From a virus, in IMG/VR virus record IMGVR_UViG_3300037311_000008, positions 1 through 42,669 of that record: a stretch of 42,669 bases of DNA; one strand, given 5' to 3'. The notes under the pieces are model-generated. The model was not told where the DNA came from and did no database searches. It worked only from the letters and a program-made list of their open reading frames with translations. Shown piece by piece: positions 17,940 to 25,188 of this stretch (the stretch's first letter is position 1; each line of letters begins with the position of its first letter). The position numbers and the translations under genes were made by a program.

Positions 17940-18216
17940 CTTTAGAATAGACCTAACTCTTCCAGGTAGCGAAGATTGCTATGGGAAATATGTTGTCAGC
18001 CAGAAGTCGGAGCGTCTCACTAAAGACAATCCAGAGTGTATCAAGCGAAAGAGAAAAGCCTTAAGCATAGCGCCTGACCAGTATTCAATTTTAAAAAAAG
18101 CGACATACAAAAATTGTATTTATTCAAAGTGCAAGCAGGCCGTCGAAGTCATTGATGATCTTATTCTCACCATAGATAAAGCTGTCGAGACAGTTTATGG
18201 CGGAAAAGTTAAATGA
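17863..18216 (+). CDS. Lipoprotein (o-spanin candidate; superinfection-exclusion lipoprotein is an alternative)
   Basis: MRLIKKLLLLSISSLSLISC has a signal peptide and lipobox (L-I-S-C). It has its own RBS AAGGAAG at 17850-17856. It overlaps the preceding gene by 77 nt in another frame, as in overlapped Rz/Rz1 pairs. Confidence 0.55.
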   Translation: MRLIKKLLLLSISSLSLISCATEIPDFRIDLTLPGSEDCYGKYVVSQKSERLTKDNPECIKRKRKALSIAPDQYSILKKATYKNCIYSKCKQAVEVIDDLILTIDKAVETVYGGKVK

Positions 18217-18299
18217 TGATTTATATTATAAAACTGATAGAAGTATTATTCACACTTTCAGCTTTCGCATTTGTTGTGTGGCTGATGATAAAATACTAG
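18213..18299 (+). CDS. 28-aa hydrophobic micro-protein (not in ORF track)
   Basis: Hand translation gives MMIYIIKLIEVLFTLSAFAFVVWLMIKY. The ATG overlaps the upstream TGA (ATGATG), and the stop is 9 nt before the endolysin GTG. It is a single TM helix. Confidence 0.4.
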   Translation: MMIYIIKLIEVLFTLSAFAFVVWLMIKY

Positions 18300-18308
18300 G
18301 GGGAAGAA

Positions 18309-19514
18309 GTGGCTCGATATAAAATTTCAGAATTAAAAAATGCGGTCGATCTTATTAAAGAGTTCGAGGGTCTTTATTTAAAGGCATACCTTGACCCAGT
18401 AGGAATCCCGACAATAGGATGGGGAACAATCCGTTATCCTGATGATAGTCCAGTAAAGATTGGCGATGTCATCTCTAAAGAAAGAGCCGATACTCTTCTT
18501 GAATATGAAGTGACAAAGTTCATAAACTGGGTCGATCAACTTGTTAAAGTTCCAGTAAACCCGAACCAGTTCGGCGCACTTGTTTCTTTCGCGTACAATG
18601 TGGGCGCTGACATTGACACAGATGTTATTGCTGAAGGTCTTGGAGATTCGACTCTGCTTAAGAAACTCAATGCTGGAGACTATAACGGCGCATCTCTTGA
18701 GTTCGCAAAGTGGAACAAGGCAGGCGGCAAAGTTTTAAAAGGTCTTGTCAGAAGAAGAGAAGCTGAGCGAAAGCTCTTTGTTACTCCAGCGGCAGGCGGC
18801 AATCCTGTTGTTGATACGAAAGAACCAGAGATCGAAACGCCAAACTGGTTTGAGCCATTCAAAAAATGGATTCTTGCTTTAGTCGATGCGGTCTTTGGAA
18901 AGAAAGGCGAAAGCAGTGCTGTTGCTGAGCCGCCGCCTGATGACTTAGCATCTATGATTTTGAAGCAGAACCCTACTATCAGTCGCGCTGCTTTACTTTA
19001 TTCTCTTAAGTTTAAAGACCATGAGAAAGTTAAGAATAAAAAATATCTTTCAATTCTTGATGCGAACAAGCCTGACTATCAATCGCGCTTCCACTTCATT
19101 GACATGAAGACCTTTGTATCAAGAAATGAACTTGCGGCTCATGGCTCAGGTTCAGATAAGAACAAAGACAACATTGCTGAATCATTCTCAAATGTTCCCG
19201 GAAGCTATCAATCATCTCTCGGTCCTATGGTCTTTGCTGAGAACTATGTGTCTGGAAAGAAGAAGACTGGCGACAGAAGTGCTTTTCAAATATCAAGACG
19301 CATTGATGGATTGATTAAAGGTCTCAATGATAAGGTCAGAGCGAGAGCTATTGTGTTCCACGACGGCTTCTATGTGACTCCAGAAAGAGCAAAGATCAAG
19401 AGCGTTGGAGATTCTCAAGGCTGTATAGTTCTTTACTATCCTGTCATTAAAGAGATCAATCCTTTAGTTGAGGGGTCTTTACTTGTGATTTATCATAGCT
19501 CTTTAGAGTCTTGA
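18309..19514 (+). CDS. Bifunctional endolysin: GH24 (T4-type) muramidase plus C-terminal YkuD-like L,D-transpeptidase-fold domain
   Basis: GTG start with RBS GGGGGAAG. The N-terminus EFEGLYLKAYLDPVGIPTIGWGT carries the GH24 E/D/T triad. The C-terminus HGSGSDKNKDNIAESFSNVPGSYQSSLGPMVFAENYVSGKK...RARAIVFHDGFYV...GDSQGC matches the YkuD_2-type pattern, with His351 at nt 19359-19361 and Cys372 at nt 19422-19424. Confidence 0.8.
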   Translation: MARYKISELKNAVDLIKEFEGLYLKAYLDPVGIPTIGWGTIRYPDDSPVKIGDVISKERADTLLEYEVTKFINWVDQLVKVPVNPNQFGALVSFAYNVGADIDTDVIAEGLGDSTLLKKLNAGDYNGASLEFAKWNKAGGKVLKGLVRRREAERKLFVTPAAGGNPVVDTKEPEIETPNWFEPFKKWILALVDAVFGKKGESSAVAEPPPDDLASMILKQNPTISRAALLYSLKFKDHEKVKNKKYLSILDANKPDYQSRFHFIDMKTFVSRNELAAHGSGSDKNKDNIAESFSNVPGSYQSSLGPMVFAENYVSGKKKTGDRSAFQISRRIDGLIKGLNDKVRARAIVFHDGFYVTPERAKIKSVGDSQGCIVLYYPVIKEINPLVEGSLLVIYHSSLES

Positions 19515-19687
19515 TTTATCTCTCCGCTTCCGTTGCATTTATCACAGTGGACAGCTTCGGCTGTTCCGCATGATTCACATTCAACAAAGCCTGCTCCATC
19601 GCATTCATCACACTCAATAGTCTCAGGCTCCTTTGCATTCCAAGGAGCGTTGGGGTCGTTCTCTGAGCCTTCAGGATAGTTAATCAT
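19493..19687 (-). CDS. DnaJ-type Cys-rich zinc-finger protein (64 aa)
   Basis: CDECDGAGF..CESCG..CDKCNGSGE gives CxxCxGxG repeats. This is the last gene of the leftward operon. Its 3' end overlaps the endolysin 3' end by 22 nt, convergently. Confidence 0.65.
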   Translation of the reverse strand: MINYPEGSENDPNAPWNAKEPETIECDECDGAGFVECESCGTAEAVHCDKCNGSGEINQDSKEL

Positions 19688-19911
19688 TTCCAGATGTTCT
19701 TTACTTTCGGCATAGCAATCTTCAATAACCCACTCTTGTCGGCAGCTTTGCTGATTTCTCTTGCTCTGTTAATGAGTCCGATAGCATACCCATGTGCAGA
19801 CGTTGGCTCTTCGCCAGATTGAATCATCTTCATCAATGTCTCTCCTGTTGGGTCGCAAGTTATCTTGACCTTATCTCCAGGTAAGTCTTCGATTGTTATA
19901 GTCACCTTCAT
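19684..19911 (-). CDS. Hypothetical protein (75 aa)
   Basis: Start placed at the ATG at 19911 (MKVTITIEDL..). It is preceded by TGGGGG and overlaps the stop of the 30-aa micro-ORF (ATGA). The ORF-track start at 19923 is possible but less well supported. Confidence 0.55.
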   Translation of the reverse strand: MKVTITIEDLPGDKVKITCDPTGETLMKMIQSGEEPTSAHGYAIGLINRAREISKAADKSGLLKIAMPKVKNIWK

Positions 19912-20000
19912 ATTAACCCCCATATATACATAAAAGAAAAAGAAATATAGACCGCAACAATAGCGATCAGAAGTAGTTGTGCTTTAGTATCTATCTTCAT
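19908..20000 (-). CDS. 30-aa hydrophobic micro-protein (not in ORF track)
   Basis: Hand translation of the minus strand gives MKIDTKAQLLLIAIVAVYISFSFMYIWGLI. ATGA overlaps the recT stop at its 5' end and the next gene's start at its 3' end. Confidence 0.45.
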   Translation of the reverse strand: MKIDTKAQLLLIAIVAVYISFSFMYIWGLI

Positions 20001-20935
20001 ACAGTATCTTCTCCAAGTGCGCGGTCAAGATCATTGCCTTCATCAGCATCAAAGATCGCTGGCCTGTCAATCTCTTCCTCTGGTTCAGGCTCTGGTTCTG
20101 GCGCAGCTTTAGGTGTCACATCCTTGGCTTTCACTGCGTCCTTCAGGCGAGAGCTTGTCTTCTTGGCGATAGGCTCAGCGGCTTGCTCGCTTCCTGATGT
20201 CAGTGTTGGCAGTGAAGATGCAGTCTTTGCGGCCACAACTTTCTCTTGAGGGTCTGGCATGAATAGGTCATCATCTCTTCGGATTGTTTCTTCAACATCT
20301 GTGGACATCGGAAGGCGCTTTGAAAGTCTGCGAATAGCTGTCTTCTTAAACATCTCTTCAGCAAACGGTCCACTCCAAGGGCCAGAGTCTTTAGATCGAC
20401 TCACGTTTTTAACATCAGAGACTTGCTTCTCGGTCATAACTTCAACATAGATCGCGCCGTCTTTAGTCTTAGCTAAAGCGTACACTCCGATGCGCTTCCC
20501 ACGGTCTCCGAACATATTAGGTCTATGCGAGATGTGCTCTCCATCTGCGTCTATATAATAATTAAACTCATCGTTCTCATAAACAATCTGCGATGTGATG
20601 CTTGATAGCTCGCCAGAGTTTCTGACTTTCTTCAAGATGCCGCCGACCATTGGCATATATTGAGCTTGCTTTCCGCTTTTTGAATTGAATGTCACAATGG
20701 CTGCCTCTCTTCCGTCTGGGAGTAGGCCGTCCTGTGCCGCTCTCATGCAGGCAGCAAAGACTGATGGCTTTGAGCATTCCGCAATCGCTGGAGATTGGCT
20801 GATCGCTGTGAGAAGAACGCGAGTGAACTTTTCAACTGGAATGTGTGGAGGGAGAGCTGCTTTGAATTGCGAATCCATCTTCTGAAGAGAACCTTTTAGC
20901 TCATCTACTGGACTCAGTGCTTTAGTTGTTGTCAT
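19997..20935 (-). CDS. recT: RecT-family single-strand annealing recombinase
   Basis: 312 aa. SVFAACMRAAQDGLLPDGREAAIV..YMPMVGGILKKVRNSGE..VYALAKTKDGAIYVEVMTEKQV..MFKKTAIRRLSKRLP is the typical RecT core. The tail is an acidic PEPEPEPEEE stretch. Confidence 0.85.
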   Translation of the reverse strand: MTTTKALSPVDELKGSLQKMDSQFKAALPPHIPVEKFTRVLLTAISQSPAIAECSKPSVFAACMRAAQDGLLPDGREAAIVTFNSKSGKQAQYMPMVGGILKKVRNSGELSSITSQIVYENDEFNYYIDADGEHISHRPNMFGDRGKRIGVYALAKTKDGAIYVEVMTEKQVSDVKNVSRSKDSGPWSGPFAEEMFKKTAIRRLSKRLPMSTDVEETIRRDDDLFMPDPQEKVVAAKTASSLPTLTSGSEQAAEPIAKKTSSRLKDAVKAKDVTPKAAPEPEPEPEEEIDRPAIFDADEGNDLDRALGEDTV

Positions 20936-20936
20936 A

Positions 20937-21530
20937 TTATATTCCTTTCAATGCAGATAGATCAAAGAACTTCCTGCCGTGAGTCTTAGTTCCTGCCCAT
21001 CCTTTAAAACAAATGTGTTCAAATAACATCTTCTCTCTCTTCACATCAGCAAGGCAGTAGGAAACGACCTTCGCCTTCTTTCCATTAGACCACCATTGAG
21101 GGGCAAGTTCGCCGTGGCCTGTCTTCATCTGCGCTTTGCCGAAAGTAAATTCTAAATGGTCATCAAGCTTTAAGCCTGTAGGGAATCTATCTGGCTCTTT
21201 CCAGCCGCAAGCCTTCCGAGATTCGAGAAGCATATCGTAGCAGACCATATCTTTTCTTAGCTTTGTTGTCTTTGATACCGCATCGACAAGCTTGTTGTCA
21301 AAGCCAAGGATATTAAAGCCAACGACAACGGCTGCTGTATTCATGCGAACGACAAGTTCCTCAACATCTTCCTCAAAAAAAACATGATAGTCGTCGGTCA
21401 TGTAGTCATACAGAGCGGCGACGCTTAATCCCATCTTGTCATAAGTTGACCATGTTATTTCTTTTCCATCTATCTCTTTAACAATCTCGCAGTCATAAAC
21501 TACGATGTTCTTTCCCTTTAGTTGTGACAT
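20937..21530 (-). CDS. DEDD (DnaQ-like) 3'-5' exonuclease
   Basis: 197 aa with RBS AAGGGGAAAG. Exo I is VVYDCEI, Exo II is VGFNILGFDNKLVD, and the C-terminal motif is YCLADVKRE. Confidence 0.7.
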   Translation of the reverse strand: MSQLKGKNIVVYDCEIVKEIDGKEITWSTYDKMGLSVAALYDYMTDDYHVFFEEDVEELVVRMNTAAVVVGFNILGFDNKLVDAVSKTTKLRKDMVCYDMLLESRKACGWKEPDRFPTGLKLDDHLEFTFGKAQMKTGHGELAPQWWSNGKKAKVVSYCLADVKREKMLFEHICFKGWAGTKTHGRKFFDLSALKGI

Positions 21531-21699
21531 CTTTCCCCTTCTTTGCTGGTCTTCTTATTATATTTTTGTTTCTCTTTTCGCGCTTCTCTTCCTGTCGGCA
21601 TCCATAGCAAAGCCTTGCGTATCCTGCTCCGCCTTCCATGTACTCGCCACACTGCGAGCACAGATCGCCTTCAATCATCATGTCTGCAATTTCTCCCAT
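21493..21699 (-). CDS. Zn-ribbon protein with basic tail (68 aa)
   Basis: CSQCGEYMEGGAGYARLCYGC is followed by a Lys/Arg-rich tail. It overlaps the downstream exonuclease start by 38 nt. Confidence 0.5.
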   Translation of the reverse strand: MGEIADMMIEGDLCSQCGEYMEGGAGYARLCYGCRQEEKREKRNKNIIRRPAKKGKDVTTKGKEHRSL

Positions 21700-21701
21700 A
21701 A

Positions 21702-22610
21702 CTAGCCTTTCTTTGTCTTAGACCAGTTCACTCTGAACTGTCGGAAGCTTGCTCTTGTGTATGCCTCAATAAAACTCTCTGCCGTTGTACTTGCTGTGAT
21801 CGAGAATCCTTGACCTTGAACCTTTGATGCGTCTCCGATCTTCATAAGTATCTGACTCTTGATCGCATCCTTCTGCTCCTTCGCAGACTTCTCTGCTGAC
21901 GATGCGAGCGCGTATTCATGCGCGAGAATATCAATCTCACTGTCAGCTTCAATGACCTTCCCTGGCTCCGCTTGCTTATATAGCTGAGCGATGAACTCTG
22001 CGTCTTTAATAAAGTCAGGAGTCGGCGGAGTATTAGATTCGATTCTCTTCCAGAACTCATGAGACTTTTCAAGGATGCGAGTGTGAACTTCTTCATCTGG
22101 GAATCTTTGGAGAAGGCTCACTTTATTGCCGCCAACAAGTGCGCCGATGTACGCAACACTTCTTCCGCTGACAAGAAGCTGATGCTGCACTTGCATCTCG
22201 ATATGAAGTGGAGCTTCGATCTCTCCGTTATCAACAATCCATCCGTCTCTAAAGATCAAAGCATCGACGTTTTTGATTTCTAGCAGACCATGAGGCTCCA
22301 TGAAGAAGTCAAAGCTTGAGCCGATATGAGCATCTGGGATTCTCATGTATCCGTCAAAGCGATCAACTTCAAAGCCATTGTCTTTCGCTATACCTAAAGC
22401 AATAGCATCTTGAAGCCTTGTTCCCCATTTCATTCTTTCGTTCTCTTCAAAGTCATCGACTGTTCCGGCTATCTTCTTATGGAACAACTCGAACTCTGTG
22501 GCGTATGGAGATAGGCCGAATAGAGCTGACACTTCTGTTGAAGTTATGTCCTTAGTTCTAGCCTGAAGCCACTCTGTTCTGTCTTTAACTGCAATTGATT
22601 CTCTGTTCAT
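21702..22610 (-). CDS. YqaJ / lambda-Exo-type PD-(D/E)XK recombination exonuclease
   Basis: 302 aa. The N-terminus is WLQARTKDITSTEVSALFGLSPYATEFELFHKK. Catalytic-type motifs are GSSFDF...LLEIKNV...VQHQL. Confidence 0.8.
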   Translation of the reverse strand: MNRESIAVKDRTEWLQARTKDITSTEVSALFGLSPYATEFELFHKKIAGTVDDFEENERMKWGTRLQDAIALGIAKDNGFEVDRFDGYMRIPDAHIGSSFDFFMEPHGLLEIKNVDALIFRDGWIVDNGEIEAPLHIEMQVQHQLLVSGRSVAYIGALVGGNKVSLLQRFPDEEVHTRILEKSHEFWKRIESNTPPTPDFIKDAEFIAQLYKQAEPGKVIEADSEIDILAHEYALASSAEKSAKEQKDAIKSQILMKIGDASKVQGQGFSITASTTAESFIEAYTRASFRQFRVNWSKTKKG

Positions 22611-22685
22611 CGCTTGCTCCCTGTCTTTCTGCCATTGCCTTCTCTCTTTTTGCCATTTATTCTAGTGTGTGGCTTTCCTATTTTT

Positions 22686-23204
22686 TTACTCGGTCCTTTT
22701 CCCATTTGTTCTCCATAATTTATTTAAAAGTTCTTTGATTGGTTTAAGTTTTAATGTCGGTATTCCGTAAACTATTTCTTTGTACTGTGCCCCAATGAGC
22801 TTGTTCTCACACTTCATAACAAAATGTCCATCTTGCCATCCTACAATTTCAACCCAAGGCTTATGACTATATGAGCAGAATATGTATTGTCTTCTCGGCT
22901 CGCATCTTTCGTTCAGCATCAACCTTGCTTTTCTCCAAGGTAGAGGCGTTCCTTTTACTTCCACGGAAGCCACGTCTCCATTAAGCCTTGATTTAAAATC
23001 AAGACCGTTCCATTGGTCTTTATATCCAAGAAACTTTGCAACAGCCAGCTCGCATCTTGCTCCAAGAATCAATGCTCCAAGCCTGTCTTGCGGAACAGTA
23101 AACTCTTTAGTGGTCTTCTCGTCGCTATTTTTAAGAGCCGCTTGAGCGCATGACAGCACAAGCTTCTCTTCATCCGGGTTAAGTGGCACAAGATATGTCT
23201 GCAT
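22686..23204 (-). CDS. PD-(D/E)XK nuclease-fold protein
   Basis: 172 aa. GARCELAVAKFLG ... NGDVASVEVKGT gives an E / D / E-x-K arrangement. Specific family unknown. Confidence 0.5.
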   Translation of the reverse strand: MQTYLVPLNPDEEKLVLSCAQAALKNSDEKTTKEFTVPQDRLGALILGARCELAVAKFLGYKDQWNGLDFKSRLNGDVASVEVKGTPLPWRKARLMLNERCEPRRQYIFCSYSHKPWVEIVGWQDGHFVMKCENKLIGAQYKEIVYGIPTLKLKPIKELLNKLWRTNGKRTE

Positions 23205-23424
23205 CTGTGCCCTTTTTAACTCTTGCTTTATAAACTGTGTTTAAATATTCAACTACAACAGGAATGTCTTTGTATGGAAGATAACCATTAACTACATCAA
23301 GAACAACGTGTGACATTTTACCGTCATCGTCTAAGTCAATCTCCCGAAGCGATATGCCTTGATTTATGTTAAGTTCAAAGTCTCCTGATCCGTTCTTAAT
23401 TATCTTCTTGTACTTCTTACTCAC
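23179..23424 (-). CDS. Hypothetical early protein (81 aa)
   Basis: ORF in operon orientation. Its 3' end overlaps the next gene by 26 nt. No motif recognised. Confidence 0.45.
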   Translation of the reverse strand: MSKKYKKIIKNGSGDFELNINQGISLREIDLDDDGKMSHVVLDVVNGYLPYKDIPVVVEYLNTVYKARVKKGTDADISCAT

Positions 23425-23426
23425 TG

Positions 23427-23663
23427 CTAGGCCTCTACTTTAAATGGTGTTATTTTATTTATAAATTCTATGAGCTTGGTTTCTTGATATGGATAAGAGC
23501 CGTAGTAGTTCACAATAACATCATAAAGGCCGTCTTTCTGAAAAATATATGCGGCTTCAAGTTGAAGCACAGCTCCACTCAGCATATTTAATTGAACAAG
23601 AAACAAGTCCAATCTGTCTTGAGGTATAGTAAAACATCTTTGCCTATTTATAGCTCTACTCAT
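23427..23663 (-). CDS. Hypothetical early protein (78 aa)
   Basis: ORF in operon orientation, tightly packed against its neighbours. Confidence 0.45.
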   Translation of the reverse strand: MSRAINRQRCFTIPQDRLDLFLVQLNMLSGAVLQLEAAYIFQKDGLYDVIVNYYGSYPYQETKLIEFINKITPFKVEA

Positions 23664-23866
23664 AAATAATGTTGCTCATCCATATTAAATTTATACTCTT
23701 CATTCTTTAGTTTATCCCGACATGAAGAGCAGCACATTGAAGGCTTCTGCACGTTCGGTCTAAATCTTTTCTTGCACTTCGCGCATTCAAGCGTTCTGCA
23801 TTTAGAGCAAGTGCCAGAGTGATGAACTGACTTGAGCGGTTCTCCGCACTTAAGACAGTCTCCCAT
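23660..23866 (-). CDS. Cys-rich Zn-ribbon protein (68 aa)
   Basis: CLKCGE...CSKCRTLECAKCKK...CCSSCR gives several CxxC pairs. It has a 4-nt overlap with the downstream gene. Confidence 0.5.
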   Translation of the reverse strand: MGDCLKCGEPLKSVHHSGTCSKCRTLECAKCKKRFRPNVQKPSMCCSSCRDKLKNEEYKFNMDEQHYL

Positions 23867-23912
23867 CCAGCCACATTTATATTTCTTCTTCTCAGTGTTT
23901 ACTGTTGCCGCT

Positions 23913-24194
23913 TCAACTGTTCCCCCTTGAAACTTTCGGGCTACACACGACGGTCTTCACAATTCTATGAAGCTCATCGAATGCTGCTTCCCCATCTTTA
24001 TTATTCAACTCAATGAACCCGACCTTTAGATTCAAGAGCATAAGTTCTGCGACCATAACTTTTATGACAGTCCCTTCGACTGCATTAGAATATGTTTCGC
24101 TGATTTCTTCATTCACTTCTCGGCCTATGGCGTTCGCCGACTTAAGGCACTGGTGCATCTGCTCTGCTGTTAAAACCATTTCTATCTTGACCAT
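23913..24194 (-). CDS. Hypothetical early protein (93 aa)
   Basis: ORF in operon orientation. No motif recognised. Confidence 0.45.
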   Translation of the reverse strand: MVKIEMVLTAEQMHQCLKSANAIGREVNEEISETYSNAVEGTVIKVMVAELMLLNLKVGFIELNNKDGEAAFDELHRIVKTVVCSPKVSRGNS

Positions 24195-24199
24195 GATGT

Positions 24200-24421
24200 T
24201 TAGTTATCCTTTGCCTTCTCAACGAGTCCGTCTTTTATTTTAATGAGCAAGTCTCTCTGTTTAAAAGAAAGCTCTCCAACAACTCGATGTGTGTTCTCAA
24301 GAACAAACTTCTCACATGAAGACCAGTAACCGCTATCTGCTGCCAATTCTGAAAGCAAAGACTTGGAGCATTGCGTGAACAAAAATTCAGCAACGGTCTG
24401 TTCACTTGGGTCTTTTTCCAT
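24200..24421 (-). CDS. Hypothetical early protein (73 aa), first gene of the leftward operon
   Basis: RBS GGGGGAG lies 3 nt upstream of the ATG at 24421. The protein is acidic. Confidence 0.5.
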   Translation of the reverse strand: MEKDPSEQTVAEFLFTQCSKSLLSELAADSGYWSSCEKFVLENTHRVVGELSFKQRDLLIKIKDGLVEKAKDN

Positions 24422-24514
24422 AACTCCCCCTGTTATTAAATAGTGAATGTGCTGAATAACTTAACATCTGAAATTATTGCAAGCAGTTTGTTGTGCGTTA
24501 AAATAAAAACAATT

Positions 24515-24542
24515 TTGACTGGATGTTTTTTTTACATAACAT
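24515..24542 (+). promoter_or_regulatory. Sigma70-like rightward early promoter in the divergent control region
   Basis: TTGACT (24515-24520), a 16-nt spacer, then TAACAT (24537-24542), about 35 nt upstream of the TTG start at 24578. An AT-rich 156-nt gap separates the divergent operons. A leftward promoter is expected here but only weak candidates were seen. Confidence 0.5.
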
Positions 24543-24577
24543 AAGCAGCTCATCAATCATCTAAAGGGGAAGCAGCT

Positions 24578-24829
24578 TTGAAATTAAATCCAGCAGAATA
24601 TGTGATCGCAGCCTTTGGCGGTGTTCGTCCATTAGCAAGGCTTCTAGGTATTGCTCCTAGTGCAGTTTGTATGTGGAGAACAAAGCCTGAGCGCATGGGG
24701 ACTATACCTACTAAAAAGCATAAGCAGATTCTTGAGCACGCAAAGAAATTAAAAATAGATGTAACTCCAGAAGATTTAATTCTTGGCCGTAAAATAAAAC
24801 AAAATAAAAAAACGAAAGGCAACAAATGA
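24578..24829 (+). CDS. Cro/YdaS-like helix-turn-helix regulator
   Basis: TTG start with RBS AAAGGGGA 7 nt upstream. GGVRPLARLLGIAPSAVCMWRTK is an HTH of the Cro/YdaS type, followed by a basic tail. This is the first gene of the rightward operon. Confidence 0.65.
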   Translation: MKLNPAEYVIAAFGGVRPLARLLGIAPSAVCMWRTKPERMGTIPTKKHKQILEHAKKLKIDVTPEDLILGRKIKQNKKTKGNK

Positions 24830-25188
24830 GTGAAACAGTTTCCACTATTAAACAAGTCTCTCTTGAATCTATCGCTGACGGCGTGGCAAGTGAGCTATTC
24901 TCCTATGAGATTCAGAAGATCGCTCGCAACATTGCAGACAAGAACACAGCTCCCATTGCGGCTCGCTCTCTGACTTTGAAGTTTGACTTCAAGCCTGATG
25001 AGAGCAGAGAAGAAGTAAAAGTCACAGTGTCTGCAAAGACAAGTCTTGCTCCAGTTAAAGGATATACAAAGACAATCTTTACAGGACAGAAGGACCGCCA
25101 GCCTGCGCTTTTCTCTCACGACACTAAGCAGATTGATATGTTCACAGACAATAGTGGCATCACTCCAATGAAAGCGAGTCAACAATGA
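24826..25188 (+). CDS. Hypothetical protein (120 aa)
   Basis: Coupled by 4-nt overlaps at both ends. No motif recognised. Confidence 0.5.
   Translation: MSETVSTIKQVSLESIADGVASELFSYEIQKIARNIADKNTAPIAARSLTLKFDFKPDESREEVKVTVSAKTSLAPVKGYTKTIFTGQKDRQPALFSHDTKQIDMFTDNSGITPMKASQQ

Noticed and set aside
19493-19570. Bidirectional terminator where the plus and minus transcription units converge.
   Set aside because: The two coding regions overlap by 22 nt. The only hairpin nearby (GGACAGC-TTCG-GCTGTTCC, ~19549-19567) is short, bulged, lacks a T-tract and lies inside the minus-strand CDS.
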